Shown: positions 51,515 to 61,479, numbered from the stretch's first letter. The stretch is DNA of 64,000 nt from Caldimonas sp. (GCA_036263655.1 DATAGP010000005.1:288-64287); one strand, 5' to 3'. Notes: a model not told the origin generated them from the sequence alone. Program-made: numbers and translations.

Positions 51515-52471
51515 ATGACGCGCGACAGCACCACCGAGCACGCATTCGCCCTCGCGCACGACGTGCCGGTGCCCTACATGCAGCGCACTCGCGACTACTA
51601 CCAGGCGCTGGGCTACGGCGCGCCGTACGAATGGGCCCACTACGCCGACGTTCCTTTTCGACCGCTGACGAAGCCGCTCGCGGCGTGCCGGGTCGCCCTC
51701 GTCACGACTGCCGCACCCTATCAAGCGGACAAGGGTGACCAGGGCCCCGGAGCGCCGTACAACGCGAGCGCGAAGTTCTACAGCGTGTATTCCGGCGACT
51801 CGGCGCGGGACCACGACCTGCGGATCTCGCACGTCTCCATCGACCGCCAGCACACGACGGCGGAGGACCCGGGGAGCTACTTTCCGCTGCCGATGCTGCG
51901 CGAGTGCGCGCAGTCGGGGCGCATCGGGGCCGTGGCGGCCCGGTTCCACGGCGCACCCACCAACCGAAGCGTTCGCGTCACGCTGGGCGTCGACGGCCCG
52001 CAGCTCGTCGCTCGCTGCCTCGCCGACGCCGCCGATGCCGCGATCCTCGTGCCGAACTGCCCGGTCTGCCATCAGACGACGAGCCTCGTCGCCCGGCTGC
52101 TGGAAGAGGCCGGCATCGCCACGATCGTGCTGGGCTGCGCCAAGGACATCGTCGAGCACGTGGGCGTGCCGAGACTGCTCTTCTCCGACTTTCCGCTCGG
52201 CAACGCGGCCGGTCGGCCCCGCGATCCCGTCTCTCAGGCGTTCACGCTCGAGCTGGCGCTGAAGGTTCTCGAAGCGGCACCGGGTCCGCGCACGACGGTT
52301 CAGTCGCCACTGCGATGGAGCACGAGCCCGGACTGGAAGCTCGACTTCTGCAACGTCGAGCGCCTGACGCCCGAGGACATCGCCCGCCGGCGTGCCGAGT
52401 TCGACATCGCCAAGATGCAGGCGAAGAAACTCCGTGGCGGCGCGGACGGCAGCGTCCGCTTGAACGACTGA
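51515..52471 (+). CDS. GrdB/PrdB-like reductase subunit, Cys homolog
   Basis: YMQRTRDYYQALGY; PLAACRVALVTTA; DPGSYFP; LVPNCPVCHQ; LEEAGIAT; PRLLFSDFPLG. Confidence 0.8.
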   Translation: MTRDSTTEHAFALAHDVPVPYMQRTRDYYQALGYGAPYEWAHYADVPFRPLTKPLAACRVALVTTAAPYQADKGDQGPGAPYNASAKFYSVYSGDSARDHDLRISHVSIDRQHTTAEDPGSYFPLPMLRECAQSGRIGAVAARFHGAPTNRSVRVTLGVDGPQLVARCLADAADAAILVPNCPVCHQTTSLVARLLEEAGIATIVLGCAKDIVEHVGVPRLLFSDFPLGNAAGRPRDPVSQAFTLELALKVLEAAPGPRTTVQSPLRWSTSPDWKLDFCNVERLTPEDIARRRAEFDIAKMQAKKLRGGADGSVRLND

Positions 52472-52474
52472 GCG

Positions 52475-53654
52475 CTACGCCGCGCGTGCCGCCATCGCGC
52501 GCCGGAATCCGAGGAACGTCGCGCTGGCGAGGAAGGCAACCGCCGCTGCCATCCACAGCGCTGCCTTGCCGCCGAATGCGTCGTACAGCGCGCCGGCCAG
52601 CATCGGCAGGACCGCGCAACCCAGGTAGTAGACGGTGTAGAAGACGCCCATCCCGGCGCTTCGGCTCTCCGGTCGCAGGAACTTCGCCCGGCGCCGACAC
52701 CAGCGCCGCCGCCGGGATCCCGCCGACGAGGCCGCCCAGCAGCAGCCAGGGCAGCGGAGCGCTTCCTGCAGCGATGAACAGCAAGCTCGCGCACCAGGCG
52801 AGGATCGTCGCGTGGCAGAGCCGGTCCGGCCGCCGGCTGCGCTCCAGGAGGAAGCCGCCGGCCTGCACGCTGACCACGAACATGACCGTGTTGAGCGCAA
52901 CGAGCCAGCCGGCGTCGGCGATGCCCGAGCCGTTCTCGACCAGGAACGACGGCAGGAACGACAGCACGATCTGGTAGGCCGCGTTGTAGAGCAGCCAGGG
53001 CAGCGCAGCGATCGCGAGCAGCGACCACTCGCGTCGCGTCAATGCGCCCACGCCGATGCCGGTCGCCGCGGGCGAGGGAGAAGCGGAGCCCGTCACCGCG
53101 AGCGGCGGACGGTAGAACGTCGCCACCACCACCAGACCGAGCAGCGCGAAGACCGCGGCGGATGCGACGCTCCAGCGCCAGCCCGCGATCTCGCCGAGCG
53201 CACCCCCGACGGCGAGCGAGACGCCGATGCCGATCGGCCAGGCATTGATCAGCACCGACATGGCGAGGAACCGATCGCGCCCTTCGAAGAGGTCGGTCAC
53301 CATCTTCGTCATCAGCACGTTGAGGACGACGGCGCCGATGCCGCTCGTGAAGCGGGCCGCGTTGGCGGCGGCAAAGGACTCCGCGACGGTGAGCCAGGCT
53401 CCGCCGGCGGCCATGAGCGCGAGGCCGACGAGCACGAGGCGCTTGTCGCCGAAACGGCGTCCGAGCAGCCCGCCCGGAAGCGCGAACACGACCCCGGGCA
53501 GCAGGTAGAGGCCGATCAGCCAGCCCAGCTGAGCCTTGTCGAGGGCGAGCCCGTCGCCGATGAGGGGCGCGACCGCGGCGATCGACTGGAACTGGAACCC
53601 CATCGCGGCGCGCGCCAGCGTCAGCGCAGCGAGACACCGCCAGCTCCCGCTCAT
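52475..53654 (-). pseudogene. MFS transporter with a 1-nt frameshift near 52682
   Basis: TM-rich frame breaks after LVSAPGE; another frame resumes LRPESRSAGMGVFYT...LAGALYD. Confidence 0.75.
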
Positions 53655-53792
53655 CGATTCACCGGTGAACGTCGAGCCATGCGTCCCCATTCGGCATTGC
53701 GCTTCGAGGATATCCGCAGACACCGGGTGCATCTTGATCGAATCGCGGATCGCGCTGAAGATCGGCGACACCCGCGCAGGAGGAGCCGAGCC

Positions 53793-54671
53793 ATGGTCTT
53801 CAAGTCGACGCACACCGCACTCACCTGGAGTGATTCACGGGCGGCAGCGCTCTATTTCGATCGTGTCATGCCGGTGAACATCCCGGACACCTACCGCGCC
53901 GACGCCGAGGACCCGATCTACTACGAAGTGCTGAAGAGCCTGCTGCCCGAGGCACTCCTCGACCCGCACTCGAAGACCGGCCTGGCTGGCGCGGTCACCA
54001 GCTACGTGGCCTATTTCCTGGTCGCCTTCCCGCAGGCGGCAGGAGTGGCATCGCTCCCAAGCGGCGAGACCCTGGAGCAGCGTGCCGCATCGACCATGCC
54101 CAAGCTGCTCGACGCCTTCGGCCATCTGGTGAGCAGCTCAGGGGTCCGCGACTTCGCTGTGTACGGCGAGCCTCTCAGCCCCGCGACCCCCGGCGCGAAC
54201 TCCGACCCGGCTCTGGTCCTCAGCAACCTCAACCTCGTCGACGCGAGCAAGCTGTCGTGGAGGCACATTCTCGAGTTGCGAAAGGATCAGGATTCGATCG
54301 AGCGCCTCCGTAACCTGCGCCGGGCGGTCTACAAGGACTACTCGGGCAAGCCCGAGGCCTACATCAAGGAAGACATCGAGTTCCGGATCTCGGAATACGA
54401 GGCCGCCACCAAGTTCTGGAACCTGCCGACCCAGAAGGGCATCCTCGAGATCGCCATGACGGGCGAAGCTCTGGCCGCCGTCGGGGGCGCCGTGGCACTG
54501 GCGCTGTTCGGTGCGCCGGTGGTCGCCGCCGCCGCGGCCGGTGGCGCCATTGCCGTCGGCAAGGCGGCCCTGTCGATCGCTGCGCGCAAGCGCGAGATCG
54601 AGCTCGAGCGTCGGCGCAACCCGATGGCCTACCTCGTCAAGCTCCGCCAGGCGACGGAAGTCGCGGCCTGA
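53793..54671 (+). CDS. Hypothetical protein with C-terminal Ala/Gly-rich hydrophobic hairpin
   Basis: 292 aa from MVFKSTH; AGGAGG RBS; ALYFDRV.P N-terminus; NPMAYL C-terminus. Confidence 0.75.
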   Translation: MVFKSTHTALTWSDSRAAALYFDRVMPVNIPDTYRADAEDPIYYEVLKSLLPEALLDPHSKTGLAGAVTSYVAYFLVAFPQAAGVASLPSGETLEQRAASTMPKLLDAFGHLVSSSGVRDFAVYGEPLSPATPGANSDPALVLSNLNLVDASKLSWRHILELRKDQDSIERLRNLRRAVYKDYSGKPEAYIKEDIEFRISEYEAATKFWNLPTQKGILEIAMTGEALAAVGGAVALALFGAPVVAAAAAGGAIAVGKAALSIAARKREIELERRRNPMAYLVKLRQATEVAA

Positions 54672-54756
54672 CGACGAACGAGCCGAGCTGCAAGCGCCCC
54701 CGGTTCACTGCAGCCCACGTTCACTGCAGCCGCCCAAGGCAGTCGTTCGGACGCCG

Positions 54757-55644
54757 TCATTCGAACTCCGGCCCGTGCCACCAGGGGAAGAACCCCGGCA
54801 TGCCGCTGGACACCCGATCCGGAAACACCGCCCTCCTCTTCTCGAGAAACGCCCCCACCCCCTCCCGGACATCGGCCGACACCCCCCGCGCCTGGATCGC
54901 CCGACTGTCGATCCGGTGCGCATGCATCGGATGCTCCGCCGCCGACAAGCGCCACAGCATCTGCCGCGTCAGCGCCACCGACACCGGCGCCGCGTTGTCC
55001 GCGATCTCCCGCGCCAGCGCCCGCGCCGCCGGCAGCAGCTCGTCCGGCGCATGCACCGAGCGCACCAGCCCGCGTGCGAGTGCCTCGTCGGCGTCGAACA
55101 CGCGGCCGGTCATGCACCACTCGAGCGCCGTCTGCATGCCGACCAGGCGCGGCAGGAACCACGACGACGCGGCTTCGAGCGTGATGCCGCGGCGCGCGAA
55201 GACGAAGCCGAAGCGCGCCGAGGTGGACGCCAGGCGCATGTCCATCGGCAGCTGGATCGTCGCGCCGATGCCGACCGCCGGGCCGTTGATGGCGCCGATC
55301 ACCGGCTTCAGGCTCTCGTAGATCCGCAGCGTGTTGGTGCCGCCGCCGTCGCGGTAGACGTCGCCGACGCGAAGCTTCTCCAGGTAAGGATGGTTCTGCG
55401 CGGCCTTGCGGTCGAAGGTGTCGCCACCCGAAGACAGGTCGGCGCCGGCGCAGAAGGCGCGGCCGGCGCCGGTGACGATCGCCGCCTTCACCTCGTCGTC
55501 GGCATCGGTCTCGTCGAACAGCAGCCCGAGCTCGACGCGCATCTGCCCGTTGTAGGCGTTGAGCTTTTCGGGACGATGGAGGGTGATGGTGGCGATGCCA
55601 TCCTCCACCTCGTAGCGCGTGGTCTCGAGCGGCGGCAGCGGCAT
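54757..55644 (-). CDS. Enoyl-CoA hydratase/isomerase (crotonase)
   Basis: LHRPEKLNA, AFCAGADL, KPVIGAINGPAVG, EGVGAFLEKR. Confidence 0.93.
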   Translation of the reverse strand: MPLPPLETTRYEVEDGIATITLHRPEKLNAYNGQMRVELGLLFDETDADDEVKAAIVTGAGRAFCAGADLSSGGDTFDRKAAQNHPYLEKLRVGDVYRDGGGTNTLRIYESLKPVIGAINGPAVGIGATIQLPMDMRLASTSARFGFVFARRGITLEAASSWFLPRLVGMQTALEWCMTGRVFDADEALARGLVRSVHAPDELLPAARALAREIADNAAPVSVALTRQMLWRLSAAEHPMHAHRIDSRAIQARGVSADVREGVGAFLEKRRAVFPDRVSSGMPGFFPWWHGPEFE

Positions 55645-55900
55645 GGCGGTGTCCTCGACGGTGCAAAGGCAGGAGGGAGTCGCGCGCATTGTGCGACCCC
55701 CTGTTCGCCTGGGCGACTTCGGGCAGGGCCGTGAAGCTCGCGACCGCCTGCACGACCGCTTCGACCGCGTTCCTGAAGACACCCGCATGCTTTGAGTTCG
55801 TCTCCTGGCAGAGGGCCGCGTCGCGTCCCGGGACGCCGCCGCCGCCCGGTGCGCTGCCCCGACAGCGGCGCTGGGCGCGGCGCGCCTTGCAGACAGAGGC

Positions 55901-57214
55901 TTAGTCGCGCCGTGCGAAATGGCGTTGCCCGACCCACTGCGCTACCTTCTTGCCGAGCGAGACGCCGTCGGTGGCCGAGAACGTGAAATGCATGCCGCCG
56001 TACACGCGCGCGATTTCGCTTTCCTCGTTGAGCGCTTCGGTGCTCGCATAGGTGCGCGCCGTGTTCGTGGCCTTGCTGTCGAAGGTGTACGACACCTTGG
56101 TCGTGCCGTAGTAGAGACGCAGCGTTTCGCCGAGGCCGCCGGCGGTGCACGAGTGGGCTGCCGGGTACTCGGGATGGTTCGGGGTCGGCGCCACCGGCGT
56201 CCAGGCCGGATCGGCCACGGTGGCCGCGTTGTTGTCGACGTCGGCGAGCGGGATGGCATTCAGCGGCCGCCAGAACTCGTAGAAGTACTTGGCCTCGAAG
56301 CACGCCGTGATCGCGTCGGCATGGACGACGTAGATGAAGGCCATGAGGCGCGCCGCCTCGGCGACGTCGCTCGTGCTGGCAGCGAAGCGGCCGAGGTTGC
56401 GCGTCACGAAGGCGTTGGGCGCCTCCGTGTGGAAGCGCGCGGCCTCGAGCTGATCGGCACTCCGCGCGATGGCCGTCGTGCCGCCACCGGCCTTGCTGAC
56501 GTTGAAGGCGGAGGCATAGGCGGCGCCCTCGAGCGGCGGCGGCCCGGCCGGGCGGAACTGGTCGGCGCGGCTGAGCGAGAAAGGCTTGATGAACGGCACG
56601 TAGCGGTTCATCGGTGTCGGGTTGGCGCTCCTGAACTTGCCCGGCGCGGTGCTCGAGACGTAGGGCGCAAGCACGACGGCGCGGCCGTCAGCCGCGCGCA
56701 TGGCGACGATCCGCGCCGCGACCTCGCTGCCCACGGCGAGCCCGCTCGTCTTCCCGGGGCCGTCCGGGATCGATGCCACCGCGCTGTCGAACGCCGGCTG
56801 GTACTGCTCGGCGCGGCCGGGATAGAGCGCCCCCAGCACGCCGTAGGCCGCGGCGCTCGCCGCGGCGTCGATCGAAGCGCCCGCCGGCGCCGTCGTCGGC
56901 GTGGCGGCGAAGGGAACGAAGCGGCCGTCGATCGCGCTCACCGCGTCGTAGATGGCGACATGCAGGGTGGCGAGGTCGGCCTGGTAGGTGGGGCGCTGCT
57001 CGGCCTCCGTGCTGTTGACCGTGCCGACGGCGAGCACCGTGCGGTTGGCGACGTCGTTCCAGTACGAAACCACGTTCGGGGAGCTCGCGCTCAGGGCGAC
57101 ACTGCGATCGTCGATTCCCGAGCCACCGCAGGCGGCGGGCAGCGCGGTCATCAGGCAGACGAGGATCAGCGATCGCGTTCGCTGCGGGGACGAGAGACGG
57201 GCGACATGCCGCAT
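55901..57214 (-). CDS. Vanadium-dependent haloperoxidase/PAP2 superfamily lipoprotein
   Basis: PAAC lipobox-like; KYFYEFWRP; HPEYPAAH; ARVYGGMHF. Confidence 0.85.
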   Translation of the reverse strand: MRHVARLSSPQRTRSLILVCLMTALPAACGGSGIDDRSVALSASSPNVVSYWNDVANRTVLAVGTVNSTEAEQRPTYQADLATLHVAIYDAVSAIDGRFVPFAATPTTAPAGASIDAAASAAAYGVLGALYPGRAEQYQPAFDSAVASIPDGPGKTSGLAVGSEVAARIVAMRAADGRAVVLAPYVSSTAPGKFRSANPTPMNRYVPFIKPFSLSRADQFRPAGPPPLEGAAYASAFNVSKAGGGTTAIARSADQLEAARFHTEAPNAFVTRNLGRFAASTSDVAEAARLMAFIYVVHADAITACFEAKYFYEFWRPLNAIPLADVDNNAATVADPAWTPVAPTPNHPEYPAAHSCTAGGLGETLRLYYGTTKVSYTFDSKATNTARTYASTEALNEESEIARVYGGMHFTFSATDGVSLGKKVAQWVGQRHFARRD

Positions 57215-57320
57215 GCGAGGCTCCTGTTCACCGATCTCGTTGCGATCCGATCGGCGTGTCGCGAGGCTAAGGGCCGGCTCGGCGCGGCGGAAGGCGCAAG
57301 ACTGCAGAATGGGAGCCGCA

Positions 57321-58232
57321 ATGCCGCATAACCCGAGCGCGCTCCATTGGGACGACCTCAAGTACCTGCTCGGCGTGGGGCGTCATGGCAGCACGCTGGC
57401 TGCCGGTCGTGCCCTCAAGGTCGATCAGTCGACCGTCCAGCGGCGCCTGGCCGATCTCGAGAAGCGCATCGGCCAGTCGCTGGTGCAGCGGCAGGCGACG
57501 GGCTACCGCCTGACCGAGCTCGGTCAGGAGTTGCTGCCGTTCGCCGAGGCGGTCGAGAGCGCCGTGCGGGCGTTCGAGGAGCGGCTGCAGGCGCTGAAGG
57601 ACGACGCCTCGGGTGTGATCCGGATGACCTGCCCGGAGCCGATCGTCCTGAAGATGACGCAGGCCGGGCTCCTCGAGCGCTTCCATGCCCGCCACCCGCG
57701 CCTGCAGGTGCAGTTCGTCATGAGCGATCGCTACGTCGATCTAGCCAACGGCGACGCGGACGTCGCCTTGCGTTCCGGCGACACCGAGGACGAGCTGCTG
57801 ACCGGCCGCAAGATCGCCGACTCGCACTGGGCGCTCTTTGCCAGCAAGGGCTACGTCGAGCGCTTCGGCCGGCCGGCGGATCTCGGCGATCTCTCGGGCC
57901 ACGCGCTGGTCGGCTTCGACGAGACGATGGCCAAGCACCGCGCGGCGCAGTGGCTGCGCAGCCTCGGACCCGACGTGCAGATCGCCAGCCGCTGCAACAG
58001 CGTGCTCGGCCTCATCCATTCGGTGAAGGCCGGCGTCGGCGTCGGCCCATTGCCGCTGCCGCTCGGCGACAGCGAGCCCGACCTGGTCCGGCTCACCGAC
58101 CCGGTGCCCGAGCTGACGCGAAGCTGGCGCCTGCTGACGACCCAAGAGCTGAGGCGAACCCCCCGCGTCTCGGCGTTCTTCGATTTCATCATCGACGAGA
58201 TCGAGTCCCTGCGGCCGATCCTGACCGGGTGA
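57321..58232 (+). CDS. LysR family regulator
   Basis: WDDLKYLL...STVQRRL; DADVALR. Confidence 0.92.
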   Translation: MPHNPSALHWDDLKYLLGVGRHGSTLAAGRALKVDQSTVQRRLADLEKRIGQSLVQRQATGYRLTELGQELLPFAEAVESAVRAFEERLQALKDDASGVIRMTCPEPIVLKMTQAGLLERFHARHPRLQVQFVMSDRYVDLANGDADVALRSGDTEDELLTGRKIADSHWALFASKGYVERFGRPADLGDLSGHALVGFDETMAKHRAAQWLRSLGPDVQIASRCNSVLGLIHSVKAGVGVGPLPLPLGDSEPDLVRLTDPVPELTRSWRLLTTQELRRTPRVSAFFDFIIDEIESLRPILTG

Positions 58233-58344
58233 CCGGCGCCGCCACTTCGACAAGCCGGCGCGCTCCGACCTCGAGCGAGGTCCACCGGATGTTCCAGAGC
58301 GTCGCTCCGGTCGGACGAGGCGCCGTCTTCCGGGTGCTCGCCGC

Positions 58345-59289
58345 CTAGGGCGTACGCGCGCATCGCGCGGCCTGGCGGCGGCGGCGCAGGGCTACGCCGA
58401 GCATGCCCAGTCCTGCCATCGTCATCACCAGCATCGACGGCTCCGGTACCGGCGTCACGGGACCGTCGAGCAGAGGTCGCACGGAGATGTCCAGCAGTTC
58501 GATCGGCGAGCCGCCAAGCAGCGTGGCCGCGCCAGTGGCGAGGTTGACCTGGTAGAGCTCTGTCGTCGGCGTGCTCCCGGACGCGTCGTCAAGGCTCAGG
58601 TAGGCGACGCCGCTGGCTCCGCTGATGTCGAAGCCGATGGAAGCCGAGAAGGCGAGGACACCCGAGGGGCCGATGCTGGTCAACTGACCTCCATTCGGAC
58701 TCGGGCTGCCATTGATGCCACCGATGGTGTACAGGGAATCGTTGAAGTAGCTGTACGCGTAGAGCGTTGTCTGCGTGGCGCCTGGGAAGTTGTTGGAGTA
58801 CGCGATGCCGGCGACGAACGAGTTGCTGATCGAGAGCGGAGTGTCCTGCGCGATCAGCGCGCCGGTCGTCGCATTCACGCGATAGTTCTGGCCCTCCCCG
58901 GTGACGACCCGCAGCGCATCGACGACCGGGTTGAAGTCGATCGAGATTCGCGTCGACGTCGTGCCGGTGAGCGTCAGCGGACCGCCCACCGGGGTTGCTG
59001 CGAACGTGCTCGTGTTGATGGTGTACAGCTGGGCGGCGGCGCCCGCACTGCTCAGGGCATAAAGCTGACCGTCGGATGGGCGAAAGTCGATCGCCCTCAG
59101 CGTCTGTCCGGCGACGACGCCGAAGATGGAGCCCGTACTGAGCAGCGAACCTGCGCTGGCGCTGTCGAAAGTCACCAGCGTCGGCGTGGCGGTATCCGCC
59201 AGACCATAGACCAGTTCAGCATGGGCGGCGCCAGCAATGCCCGCGAGTGCAACCACGGTACTGAACGCCGAGACAAAGCGGGACCTCAT
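58345..59289 (-). CDS. DUF4394 domain PEP-CTERM protein
   Basis: Signal peptide; IDFRPSDGQLY; IDFNPVVDALRVV; AYSNN; C-terminal VPEPS-TM-RRRR. Confidence 0.88.
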   Translation of the reverse strand: MRSRFVSAFSTVVALAGIAGAAHAELVYGLADTATPTLVTFDSASAGSLLSTGSIFGVVAGQTLRAIDFRPSDGQLYALSSAGAAAQLYTINTSTFAATPVGGPLTLTGTTSTRISIDFNPVVDALRVVTGEGQNYRVNATTGALIAQDTPLSISNSFVAGIAYSNNFPGATQTTLYAYSYFNDSLYTIGGINGSPSPNGGQLTSIGPSGVLAFSASIGFDISGASGVAYLSLDDASGSTPTTELYQVNLATGAATLLGGSPIELLDISVRPLLDGPVTPVPEPSMLVMTMAGLGMLGVALRRRRQAARCARTP

Positions 59290-59349
59290 TTGATCACTCC
59301 AGTTCGACAGATGGATGGCTCGCCCGGCAAGGCACGTCAAGCGCTCGAG

Positions 59350-61191
59350 CTACCAGCCCACCGCGTGTCCGTCCTTGCGGGGATCGGACCCCGACCGGTA
59401 GACCCCATTGACCGGGCCGGGCCGCGGCGAGTTGAACTGCGGTGCGGGCAGGGCCGGGTCGCGCTGGAAATAGATTGCCTGGAAGCCCCCGACGCTGCCG
59501 TTCGTCGTGGCGATGGGATGTCCCATGGCCTGCAGCGCATCGCCCACGATGGACCGCAGGTTCGGTTCGAGGGACAGGGTACCCGGGCCCGTGGTGCTCT
59601 GCGAGTGCGTGTAGCGCGCCGCGTCAGCCGACGCTTGAGGGTTGAAGCCGAGATCGATCGCATTGATCAGATGCGTCACGTGCGAGTACGCCTGGATGGC
59701 GCCTTGCATGTTGCCGAAGGCCATGCGGGGCTCACCGTCCTTCATGACGAAGCCGGTGATGATGGTGTGAAACGGCCGTTTACGCGGCGCAACCACGTTG
59801 GGATGGTTCGGCGTGCGGTTGAAGCCGGCGCCGCGGTCGTGAAGCACGAAGCCGTATCCGGGGACGGTGATCCGGCTGCCGAACACGTTGAAGACACTGT
59901 GGACGACAGACGCCATGTTTCCCCAGCGGTCGGCGGTCATCAGGTTGATCGTGCCACCGAGCGGGTTGGGCCCGGGCACCACGCTCGCGCGCATCGGGTT
60001 GAGCTGGTTGCACTTGGAGGCTGCGTAGGACTTGGACAACAGCCGGATGAGCGGGACCTTGACGAACAGCGGATCACCGTTGTAGGCCCCGAGATCGGCA
60101 TAGGCAAGCTTCTTCGCTTCCACCAGGAAATGCCAGAACTGCGGCGACATGTGGCCCAGGTTCGCCAGGTTGTAGCCGTGGTGCGGGACGCATGCTTCGA
60201 GAATGTTCAACATGAGCAGCGCGGCCCAGCCCTGGCCGGGCGGAGGCACCTGGAACACGTCGAAACCGTGGTAATTGGTCGAGATCGGTTCGACCCATTC
60301 GGGCCGGAAGTCCGCGAGGTCGCTCAAGGTCATGACGCCGCCGAGCGACTGGACCTTGTTGACGATCGCCTCCGCGATCGGGCCGCGGTAGAAGGCATCT
60401 GCCCCTTGCGTCTGCAGCAGCCGCATCGCCCGCGCCAGGCCGGGATTGCGGAACACGCTGTACAAGGCGGGAACGTTGTTGTTGACCAGGAGCTCGCGTG
60501 CGGAGTCGATGTCGTTGCGAAGGGCGTTGACGCTGCTGGCCCAGTCCGCATGGTGTCGCTCCGTGATGCCGAAGCCCTCCTCGGCCAGGGTCGCCGCACG
60601 GTCGAACGTCTCCCTGAACGTCATGGTGCCGAAGCGCTTCAACATGGCGTCGAAGCCCGCCACGGCGCCCGGCACCGTGATCGAGTTCACCCCGGTGAGC
60701 GTGCGGGTGCTGAAGTAGGACTCGGTCCACCCGGCCGGAGCCCAGCCGGCGCTGTTCAGGGCGTACAGCTTCTTGTCTCGGGCAGACCAATAGAGCACGA
60801 ACACATCACCGCCGATGCCGGTATCGTTCTGCGAGGTCACGTCCAGAACCGCTGCAGTGGCGACGGCCGCATCCATCGCGTTGCCGCCTTTCTCGAGGAT
60901 CTCGAGTCCGGCCTGGGCCGCCAGATGATGGCTGGTGGCGACCATGCCGTTCCTGGCGACGACTTCCGAACGGCCTTGGTCACGCCAGCCCATGGGGCGG
61001 GTGCCCCGCACGGTCTTGTCATTCAAGCTCACGCCCGGATTCTCGAGGCCGAGCGGGATGCCGAACGGCGTCTGCGACTGGGCGGTCGCGCCAGCGGCCG
61101 CGGCCGTGATCGCCAGCGACAGGACTGCATTGCGCAGTGACGACGAGTGGCCTGAGCAACGCCGAACCGCGCTCATCAGATTGGGCAGCAT
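59350..61191 (-). CDS. ggt: Gamma-glutamyltransferase family (Ntn hydrolase), exported
   Basis: GGNAMDAAVA, GIGGD, ITVPG; processing Thr in GG/TINLMTADRWGN; KRPFHT; SDPRKDG. Confidence 0.9.
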   Translation of the reverse strand: MLPNLMSAVRRCSGHSSSLRNAVLSLAITAAAAGATAQSQTPFGIPLGLENPGVSLNDKTVRGTRPMGWRDQGRSEVVARNGMVATSHHLAAQAGLEILEKGGNAMDAAVATAAVLDVTSQNDTGIGGDVFVLYWSARDKKLYALNSAGWAPAGWTESYFSTRTLTGVNSITVPGAVAGFDAMLKRFGTMTFRETFDRAATLAEEGFGITERHHADWASSVNALRNDIDSARELLVNNNVPALYSVFRNPGLARAMRLLQTQGADAFYRGPIAEAIVNKVQSLGGVMTLSDLADFRPEWVEPISTNYHGFDVFQVPPPGQGWAALLMLNILEACVPHHGYNLANLGHMSPQFWHFLVEAKKLAYADLGAYNGDPLFVKVPLIRLLSKSYAASKCNQLNPMRASVVPGPNPLGGTINLMTADRWGNMASVVHSVFNVFGSRITVPGYGFVLHDRGAGFNRTPNHPNVVAPRKRPFHTIITGFVMKDGEPRMAFGNMQGAIQAYSHVTHLINAIDLGFNPQASADAARYTHSQSTTGPGTLSLEPNLRSIVGDALQAMGHPIATTNGSVGGFQAIYFQRDPALPAPQFNSPRPGPVNGVYRSGSDPRKDGHAVGW

Positions 61192-61479
61192 GCTGTCTCC
61201 TCGAGTGTCGTGGTCCGACACCTATCGCAGAGACCTGCACCAATTTGGCGGCCCCTAAATCCACAGTAAAGGAACCGTTACATAGTGTCAATACGAGAGA
61301 CGAGCACGCGGTTATTGGATCGTCCTTGACGAAAGTCCTTCTCGGTGCCAGAGCAACAACCGTGGAGCTTGGACAGATCTCAGAGGCCAGTTAACAGCGA
61401 AGCAAGTTGTGGCGATGCCGTCGCACCGCTGACGCATCGCATGCCACGCGCCAGCTCGCGAGCTGCTGTGCCGCGCCGC

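Noticed and set aside
51515-52471. Selenoprotein with UGA readthrough
   Set aside because: The ORF is uninterrupted and the redox motif uses TGC (Cys).
55823-55836. Palindrome GCGTCCCGGGACGC as a fourth copy of the GGACGC motif
   Set aside because: It is inverted rather than direct and lacks the matching downstream hexamer geometry; likely chance or a hairpin.
42400-61400. Integron or prophage/ICE explaining the patchwork
   Set aside because: No integrase, transposase, phage gene, tRNA anchor or repeated attC-like site recognised; gene orientations are mixed.
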